Source: [Kitasatospora] papulosa (GTDB lineage: Bacteria; Actinomycetota; Actinomycetes; Streptomycetales; Streptomycetaceae). From it: a DNA stretch of 24,000 nucleotides. The stretch is from assembly GCF_000717245.1 (NCBI RefSeq), contig NZ_JNYQ01000004.1, positions 1,144,151 through 1,168,150 of the forward strand, in the 5' to 3' direction. Positions 8,565 through 13,964 of the stretch are shown here, in pieces. The notes beneath the pieces were generated by a model. It made no database searches, was not told where the DNA came from, and saw nothing but the letters and a program-made list of their open reading frames with translations. The translations under genes were made by a program, and so were the position numbers. The stretch's first letter is position 1; the number at the start of each line of letters is the position of its first letter.

Positions 8565-9965
8565 ATGAGCACCGTCAGTACCGTCAACGGCGGCATTTCG
8601 TTCTGGTACGCGAACAAGGGCACCCCCACCCCACGCGAGCCCCTGCCCGGTGACACCTCAGCCGACGTCTGCATCGTCGGCGGCGGCTACACGGGACTCT
8701 GGACGGCTTACTACCTCAAGAAGGCCGTCCCCTTCCTCAACATCACCGTCCTGGAAGCCAAGTTCTGCGGCTACGGCGCCTCCGGCCGCAACGGCGGCTG
8801 GCTCTACAACGGCATAGCGGGCCGCGACCGCTACGCGAAGCTGCACGGCCACGACGCGGCGGTCCGCCTGCAGAAGGCCATGAACGACACGGTCGGCGAG
8901 GTCATACGCGTCGCGGACGAGGAGAACATCGACGCCGACATCCACCACGGCGGCGTCCTCGAGATCGCCCACACCCCCGCCCAGCTCGCCCGGCTCAAGG
9001 ACTTCCACTCCGTGGAGATCGCGTTCGGCGAGACCGACCGCGTCCTGCGCGGAGCCCGCGAGACCGCCGAACGCATCCGCGTCTCCGGCGCCGTCGGTTC
9101 CATCTGGACCCCGCACGGCGCACGCCTGCACCCCGCGAAGCTGGTCACCGGCCTCGCCGCCGCCGTGGAGGCCCTCGGCGTCACGATCCACGAGTCCACC
9201 CCCGTCACCGAGATCAAGCCCAAGCACGCCGTCACCCCGTACGGAACCGTCCGCGCCCCCTACGTGCTGCGCTGCACCGAAGGCTTCACCGCGGGACTCA
9301 AGGGCCACAAGCGCACCTGGCTCCCCATGAACTCCTCCATGATCGTCACCGAGCCGCTGCCCGCCGCCCTCTGGGACACCATCGGCTGGGACGGCCGCGA
9401 AACCCTCGGCGACATGGCCCACGCCTACGTGTACGCCCAGCGCACCGCCGACGACCGCATCGCCCTCGGCGGCCGCGGAGTCCCCTACCGCTACGCCTCC
9501 GCGACCGACAACGACGGCCGGACCCAGCCCGCCACCGTCGAGGCCCTGCGCGACCTGCTCGTCCGCTTCTTCCCCACCACCGCGGGCACCCGCATCGACC
9601 ACGCCTGGTCCGGCGTCCTCGGCGTCCCCCGCGACTGGTGCGCCACCGTCACCCTGGACCGCAGCACCGGCCTCGGCTGGGCCGGCGGCTACGTGGGCTC
9701 CGGCGTCGCCACCGCCAACCTCGCCGCCCGCACCCTGCGCGACCTCATCCAGCAGGACTCCGGCCAGGCCGGCCCCACCGAGTTCACCACCCTCCCCTGG
9801 GTGAACCACAAGGTCCGCCGCTGGGAACCCGAACCCCTCCGCTGGCTCGGCGTCCACGCCCTCTACGCCGCCTACCGCACCGCCGACCGCCGCGAAGCCG
9901 CCTCCTCCTCCCTCGCCACGGATCCCCTCGCGAAGGCGGCGGACCGCATCTCCGGACGCCACTGA
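8565..9965 (+). CDS. FAD-dependent oxidoreductase (DAO family, gamma-glutamylputrescine/glycine-oxidase-like)
   Basis: ATG 8565 (MSTVSTVNGG) with AGGGGA upstream. FAD motif DVCIVGGGYTGLWTAYYL ... GASGRNGG. The ORF-track N-terminal extension back to 8202 overlaps the APH gene on the opposite strand and is rejected. Confidence 0.85.
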   Translation: MSTVSTVNGGISFWYANKGTPTPREPLPGDTSADVCIVGGGYTGLWTAYYLKKAVPFLNITVLEAKFCGYGASGRNGGWLYNGIAGRDRYAKLHGHDAAVRLQKAMNDTVGEVIRVADEENIDADIHHGGVLEIAHTPAQLARLKDFHSVEIAFGETDRVLRGARETAERIRVSGAVGSIWTPHGARLHPAKLVTGLAAAVEALGVTIHESTPVTEIKPKHAVTPYGTVRAPYVLRCTEGFTAGLKGHKRTWLPMNSSMIVTEPLPAALWDTIGWDGRETLGDMAHAYVYAQRTADDRIALGGRGVPYRYASATDNDGRTQPATVEALRDLLVRFFPTTAGTRIDHAWSGVLGVPRDWCATVTLDRSTGLGWAGGYVGSGVATANLAARTLRDLIQQDSGQAGPTEFTTLPWVNHKVRRWEPEPLRWLGVHALYAAYRTADRREAASSSLATDPLAKAADRISGRH

Positions 9966-9986
9966 CCGGGCCGGCCACCGGCCCGG
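9966..9986 (+). terminator. Short hairpin directly after the oxidoreductase stop codon
   Basis: ccgggcc (9966-9972) pairs with ggcccgg (9980-9986) around a 7-nt loop, starting at the base after TGA 9963-9965. A second 9-bp hairpin, gacccgggc/gcccgggtc, lies at 10025-10049. Confidence 0.35.
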
Positions 9987-10302
9987 CTCCCGCCGCCCCG
10001 GGCACCGTCGGCCCACATCCCACCGACCCGGGCACCGCCGGCCCGGGTCGGCCACCGGCCGCGGCGTCGCAGGCCCGGGCCGGCCACCCCTGTGCGCCGC
10101 CGGAGACCCGTCCTAGGCCGATCAGGAGAAAGCCCGGCTCCGAACGGGTGACGGCACGTATCCCCGTCCTCGCGCACCACCGCATCCGCCATTGACTGAG
10201 GGCCCATCACCACGGCGTCCCCTCACGGGCGCCTCCACGCGACCTCGAAGCCCGCCTGCCGCCCTCCGCGGCCGACACGGGCCGTGAGAAGGGACCACCT
10301 CC

Positions 10303-10989
10303 ATGCGGGTGCTGCGAAACATCGCATCGGGCGCCATCGCCTCGCTGCTCCTCCTCGTCGGGCTGACACCCGCGGCCGCCCACGCCGACCCCGGCGACCA
10401 TGGCCGCCCCGCGACCCACTGCCCGACGGACGCCCGTACACGCGGGACCAACGGAGCACCCACCACACCCCTGGAGGAGTACTACCTCGACGACTGGCGG
10501 CTCGGTCCACAGGTCCTGCCGAGGACCGGCGCCATCGGGGCGATGCTGCGTGACTACCACCGCACCGGCCCGACCTCCGCGTACTGGTTCCTCGGCTGCT
10601 ACTGGCAGACCAACCCGACCAGCGGCGAGTCCGGCTGGTGGTACCCGGACCACGACGGCTTCGTACTCGACCGCGCGGGCAACCCGGTGAAGAAGAACCT
10701 GACGCTCCGCGTGGGACAGCTGGTCGACCTCTTCGGCAGCGGACGCGGCAACTTCCTCGCCCCCGCAGGGACCCCGTACGCCAAGCGCGCCATCCCGCCG
10801 AGCAACCTCGTCACCTACACGACCGACTACCCGAACAGCTACCACCTGTACCGGGTCACGGAGGCGTTCACCGTCGAGGCCGGCCGCATCCGCCCCTGGT
10901 TCGGGCAGCCCGGTCTGGGGATCCAGTACAAGACGGACCAGCGGGTCTCGGAACTGGTCAACGCCGAGAAACTCGAAGCCCTGAACTGA
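10303..10989 (+). CDS. Secreted TNT-domain (tuberculosis-necrotizing-toxin-like, DUF4237) putative NAD+ glycohydrolase
   Basis: ATG 10303 is preceded by GAGAAGGGA. Signal peptide MRVLRNIASGAIASLLLLVGLTPAAAHA, with cleavage predicted before DP. The C-terminal half is ...GQLVDLFGSGRGNFLAPAGTPYAKRAIPPSNL...YHLYRVTEAFTVEAGRIRPWFGQPGLGIQYK. This matches the TNT/NADase signature as I remember it (DRFG..G.F..P.GTP...R.LPP....Y..Y.V......G.IAPWFGQPGGG.QY). Confidence 0.75.
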   Translation: MRVLRNIASGAIASLLLLVGLTPAAAHADPGDHGRPATHCPTDARTRGTNGAPTTPLEEYYLDDWRLGPQVLPRTGAIGAMLRDYHRTGPTSAYWFLGCYWQTNPTSGESGWWYPDHDGFVLDRAGNPVKKNLTLRVGQLVDLFGSGRGNFLAPAGTPYAKRAIPPSNLVTYTTDYPNSYHLYRVTEAFTVEAGRIRPWFGQPGLGIQYKTDQRVSELVNAEKLEALN

Positions 10990-11004
10990 TCACGACCGCA
11001 CTCC

Positions 11005-11039
11005 CCTGGGCGGGCCCGGCACGACCGGGCCCGCCCAGG
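11005..11039 (+). terminator. Perfect 15-bp GC hairpin between the toxin gene and the downstream small ORF (terminator or attenuator)
   Basis: cctgggcgggcccgg (11005-11019), loop cacga, ccgggcccgcccagg (11025-11039). It starts 16 nt after the TGA at 10987-10989 and ends 18 nt before the ATG at 11058. Confidence 0.55.
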
Positions 11040-11057
11040 CGCATGCAAGGGGAACCG

Positions 11058-11423
11058 ATGAACAGGACCGAGCTCACCGAACGGCTCCGCCGCGAGGAGG
11101 TACCGGACGCGCTCTACGAGATCCCGGGAGTCCACGGCGTCCCCGTACAGCTGGACGCTTACTACGTCCTGCGCCCGGAAGGCGACACGTGGCCGGTCCT
11201 GCTGCGCCAGCGGGGCCAGGAGGAAGTCATCGCCCGCTTCGCAACCGAGGCGGAGGCCTGCGACTACCTGTACGACACCCTCACGGACGTCCCCCCACCC
11301 GCCCCCGGCGGCGCGGCCCGCATCGAACGCCTCCTGGCCGACGCCGACGAGATCCAGCGCCAGGCGGAGGAGGACTTCGAACGCGCCCCGGACCGGGAGG
11401 ACGGCGGGACTGGGGGTGTCTGA
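11058..11423 (+). CDS. Small acidic cytoplasmic protein (121 aa); candidate cognate immunity protein for the TNT-like toxin
   Basis: ATG 11058 with AAGGGGA 5-6 nt upstream; ATG 11043 is an alternative. GC3 is very high. No signal peptide or transmembrane segment, and the composition is rich in Glu and Asp. The immunity role is inferred from position only. Confidence 0.7.
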   Translation: MNRTELTERLRREEVPDALYEIPGVHGVPVQLDAYYVLRPEGDTWPVLLRQRGQEEVIARFATEAEACDYLYDTLTDVPPPAPGGAARIERLLADADEIQRQAEEDFERAPDREDGGTGGV

Positions 11424-11498
11424 ACCGGGACGCCGGGCCCCGACCCGTGTGGACACCGCGATCGGCTTCGGCACGGGGCAGCGAGGGGCGGCGGCCCT

Positions 11499-13052
11499 CT
11501 ATGCGACCTCGATGCCGTACTCCCGCAGCAAGGCCCCCAACCCGTCGGGGTATCCCCTTCCTCCCGACACGAACTCCCAGTCACCGGAACCCCGCAGTCT
11601 GAACGAGCCGAGGACCAGCGCCACCTCCCCCGCCCTGCCGTCGGACACCTCCAGTCGGTCGAGCTCCACGCCCCGGGCATCCCGCAGCCGGATGCAGGCC
11701 TGCGTGAAACCCGCGAGATCGCCGGAAGGCTCAGCCTCCGGATCCACAGCGGCCACGAGCACCACACGGTCGGCCTCAGCGGGAAGCGCGTCGAACGACA
11801 CACTCAAGGCCGCCCGGTCCTCCGCGAACCCTGGCACAGCCCGCACAGCGCCGTCGGGAGTCCGCGGATTGTTGAAGAAGACGAAGTGGTCATCACTCAG
11901 CACCCGCCCGCCCCGGCACACCAATGCGCACACATCGAGGGCCACGCCGCCCGACCACGTCATACCCAGCACATTGTGTTCACCGGCGGGTTCGCCCTCG
12001 GGCGACGACCGTTGAGCCGGTACCCCGGCCCCGCCAGCACCCGGCAGCCTCCCCCGCAGCCCACAGCGCCCCAGGAGGTCGACCAGCTCCGTACCCGACA
12101 CGAGAGTCAGCGGCTTGCCCTCGGCGAAGGTGTACGAGCCGGGGCCGAAGCCTGACGTCGTCACCAGCACACCCTTGTTGGCCCCAGCTCCCTGGACCGT
12201 GCCGTAGAGATCACGCACGGCACTCGGAGGAACCGTGTTCCGGTAGCGCTTCACCTGGACGATGATCTTGCCGCCGCTGATCGGGTCCGGATCCATGGCC
12301 TCGACATCGACACCACCGTCGTTGGAACGCTGCGTGGTCACCGCATGCATCCCTCGCGCCCGGAAGAGCTCGGCGACCAGTCCTTCGAACTCGATGGGAT
12401 CCATCTCCAGCAGATCCGGCTCAGCACCGCCGCCGTGCGACACCGAGCCGGACTCCAGCTCCGCCGGAATCCTGCCCGGCCGGACGGCCAGGCGCTGATC
12501 GGGACGAGCCGACAGCTGTCCTCGCAACGCGCCCGTCAGGCAGTCCACCGCATTCACCTGTTCCAGGTTCAACCCGCCGAACTCCGTCCGCGAGACCATC
12601 GTCGTGCTCAGGCAGACCGACGCCTGGCGCCCAGTCGCCGGATCGATGTCATGCACAAAGCCGTTCAGCGCCACCGACTCCACGACCTCGAACTCGTCCG
12701 CCGCGAAAACGTCCCGCAACACGAGGAGCACGCATTGAGCCAGCACGTCCCGGTAGAGGGCCCTTCGCTGGCCCACGGGCCGCGGCGTCTCCTTCTCCGT
12801 GTCCGAGCCCACCAGATACCGCACGCTCTTCGACTCGGGAACCACCGTGAAGCCCGGCAGCTCCCAGTCCAGTACAAGCTGCCGACCCGCCGGATCGAAC
12901 GCGACGGTCACCTGACGGGGAAACTCCGCCGGCCAGGCCGACGACGAGTACAGCGCAGCCGAGAAGTACTCCACCACAGCACCCGCATCACCTCGTCGCA
13001 GCGCCACCGCCAGCTCGGAGACCCCCGCGTTGTGCCGCCGGATCTCGCTCAA
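11499..13052 (-). CDS. Unknown N-domain + Mrr_cat (PD-(D/E)xK) restriction-endonuclease core + C-terminal TerD-fold domain; in frame with the upstream ORF across a single TAG
   Basis: Mrr_cat lies at about 12069-12410: DPIEFEGLVAELF, NDGGVDVEA (Asp codon 12306-12308), IIVQVKRY (Gln 12255-12257, Lys 12249-12251) and KGVLVTTSGF. The TerD-like domain lies at about 11502-11981: LGMTWSG, LSDDHFVFFNNPRTPDG and the C-terminal GYPDGLGALLREYGIEV. The first codon after the upstream TAG is TTG (13050-13052), and the next in-frame start is GTG (13005-13007). Confidence 0.8.
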   Translation of the reverse strand: MSEIRRHNAGVSELAVALRRGDAGAVVEYFSAALYSSSAWPAEFPRQVTVAFDPAGRQLVLDWELPGFTVVPESKSVRYLVGSDTEKETPRPVGQRRALYRDVLAQCVLLVLRDVFAADEFEVVESVALNGFVHDIDPATGRQASVCLSTTMVSRTEFGGLNLEQVNAVDCLTGALRGQLSARPDQRLAVRPGRIPAELESGSVSHGGGAEPDLLEMDPIEFEGLVAELFRARGMHAVTTQRSNDGGVDVEAMDPDPISGGKIIVQVKRYRNTVPPSAVRDLYGTVQGAGANKGVLVTTSGFGPGSYTFAEGKPLTLVSGTELVDLLGRCGLRGRLPGAGGAGVPAQRSSPEGEPAGEHNVLGMTWSGGVALDVCALVCRGGRVLSDDHFVFFNNPRTPDGAVRAVPGFAEDRAALSVSFDALPAEADRVVLVAAVDPEAEPSGDLAGFTQACIRLRDARGVELDRLEVSDGRAGEVALVLGSFRLRGSGDWEFVSGGRGYPDGLGALLREYGIEVA

Positions 13053-13589
13053 CTACCCCTGCGCCCAGTCGTCGTACTGACGCCGATATGCCGCGAGCTG
13101 CTGCTGTCGCTGCGCCTCCGCCGCCTGCGCGGCCCGCCAGTCCTGCTGGTACCTCGCGTGCGCCTCCTGCTGAGCCTGAGCCCGCCGTCCGGCGGTCCAG
13201 CCGCCCTGCACCTGGTACCGGTTAACGGCAGGCATGGGTACGGGACAAGCCAGTTGCCCAGGAGCGAACGGCTCGATCTCCTCAGCGCGCCCCAGCGACG
13301 CCGTCCGGAACGCAGACACCCGGGAGCCGGCCGCCAGCAGACCCTCCAGCACACCGACCCGAGCTTCGAGCTCCTCCGTACGGCGTCTCGCGTCCGCCTC
13401 ACGCCTGCGCCGGTACTCGGCCTGCTGCTCCCGGTGCAGCCTCGCCATGTCGCGCTCGTGGGCCCGCTGCAACCGCTCCTGCTCGCGTGCTCCCTGAACG
13501 GCAGCACGATGCTGCGCTTCGTGCTGGCGCTGAAGCTGCCGCTGGGCCTCCGCCCACGCACCGACCAGACCGTTGGACCGACGACTCAT
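13053..13589 (-). CDS. Gln/Arg/Glu/Ala-rich predicted coiled-coil protein (178 aa); probably the N-terminal part of the Mrr/TerD protein, cut off by an in-frame TAG
   Basis: ATG 13587-13589 with GGGGAGAG upstream. The sequence AQRQLQRQHEAQHRAAVQGAREQERLQRAHERDMARLHREQQAEYRRRREADARRRTEELEARV is typical of a coiled coil. The TAG at 13053-13055 is followed directly, in the same frame, by the 517-codon nuclease ORF. Confidence 0.7.
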   Translation of the reverse strand: MSRRSNGLVGAWAEAQRQLQRQHEAQHRAAVQGAREQERLQRAHERDMARLHREQQAEYRRRREADARRRTEELEARVGVLEGLLAAGSRVSAFRTASLGRAEEIEPFAPGQLACPVPMPAVNRYQVQGGWTAGRRAQAQQEAHARYQQDWRAAQAAEAQRQQQLAAYRRQYDDWAQG

Positions 13590-13698
13590 CTATCGCTCTC
13601 CCCACCCGTCTCCACGCTTCCTGCACATTTCTTACACGCGCGGAAACGTCCGCGTCCCGGGAGTGGTGGATCTGATCCGATATCGCGGCCCGGGCAAC

Positions 13699-13729
13699 AA
13701 AAAACCAGGCCAGCATGATGCTGACCTGG
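13699..13729 (-). terminator. Intrinsic terminator after the tRNA (hairpin plus T6 tract on the minus strand)
   Basis: On the minus strand: CCAGGTCAGCA-TCA-TGCTGGCCTGG (11-bp stem with one G-U pair), followed by TTTTTT. It begins 7 nt after the tRNA 3' end. Confidence 0.7.
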
Positions 13730-13736
13730 CGTTTCG

Positions 13737-13809
13737 AGCCGCCTGTCGGAATCGAACCGACGACCTGGAGCTTACAAGGCAACCGCTCTGCCAACTGAGC
13801 TAAGGCGGC
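13737..13809 (-). tRNA. tRNA-Thr (anticodon UGU), 73 nt, CCA not encoded; the anticodon stem has two adjacent mismatches
   Basis: Minus-strand sequence: GCCGCCT-TA-GCTC-AGTTGGCA-GAGC-G-GTTGC-CTTGTAA-GCTCC-AGGTC-GTCGG-TTCGATT-CCGAC-AGGCGGC-T. The acceptor stem pairs 7/7, the D stem 4/4 and the T stem 5/5, with canonical D and T loops. The anticodon stem pairs only 3/5 (28-42 is U-C, 29-41 is U-U). Confidence 0.8.
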
Positions 13810-13843
13810 ACAGCGCACGCCGAAACCGCGCGCGCAAGCCCTC

Positions 13844-13849
13844 ACTCTA
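13844..13849 (-). promoter_or_regulatory. Candidate -10 hexamer (TAGAGT on the minus strand) for the tRNA
   Basis: actcta on the plus strand reads TAGAGT on the minus strand. It ends 34 nt upstream of the mature tRNA 5' end and matches the Streptomyces TAnnnT -10 consensus. No convincing -35 was seen. Confidence 0.3.
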
Positions 13850-13964
13850 CACAGCAGCGCGCGCCGCGATCCACGAAGTTTCGCCACCGCCGTGACCCTC
13901 CGACCACCCGTGCGTTAAAAGGACTGACGTGCTGTTCCGTATATCGGACAGTCGGAGGGCGGGC

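Noticed and set aside
8658-10055. A 465-aa minus-strand ORF opposite the DAO-type oxidoreductase. Similar antisense ORFs lie at 15641-16813 (opposite msiK), 14352-15539 (opposite tnpB), 17122-18273 (opposite the nucleotidyltransferase), 5799-6983 and 2832-3875.
   Set aside because: Each overlaps a gene with clear family motifs on the other strand, and each shows the Gly/Arg/Asp/Val-rich composition of GC-rich shadow frames.
9966-13736. A classical integrated element with att repeats flanking the islet
   Set aside because: I scanned by eye for a second copy of the tRNA 3' half (ggttcgattccgacaggcggc or its complement) between 9966 and 13700 and found none. No integrase or excisionase gene is present. 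An integration origin therefore remains a hypothesis only (see the tRNA finding).
13929-13964. The small imperfect hairpin ctgttcc-gtatat-cggacag (13932-13951) as a defined IS left-end structure
   Set aside because: The stem is only 6 bp, includes a wobble pair, and lies inside one of the possible tnpB start regions. Without other copies of the element for comparison I cannot call it the LE. It is mentioned only as a hint in the mobile-element feature.
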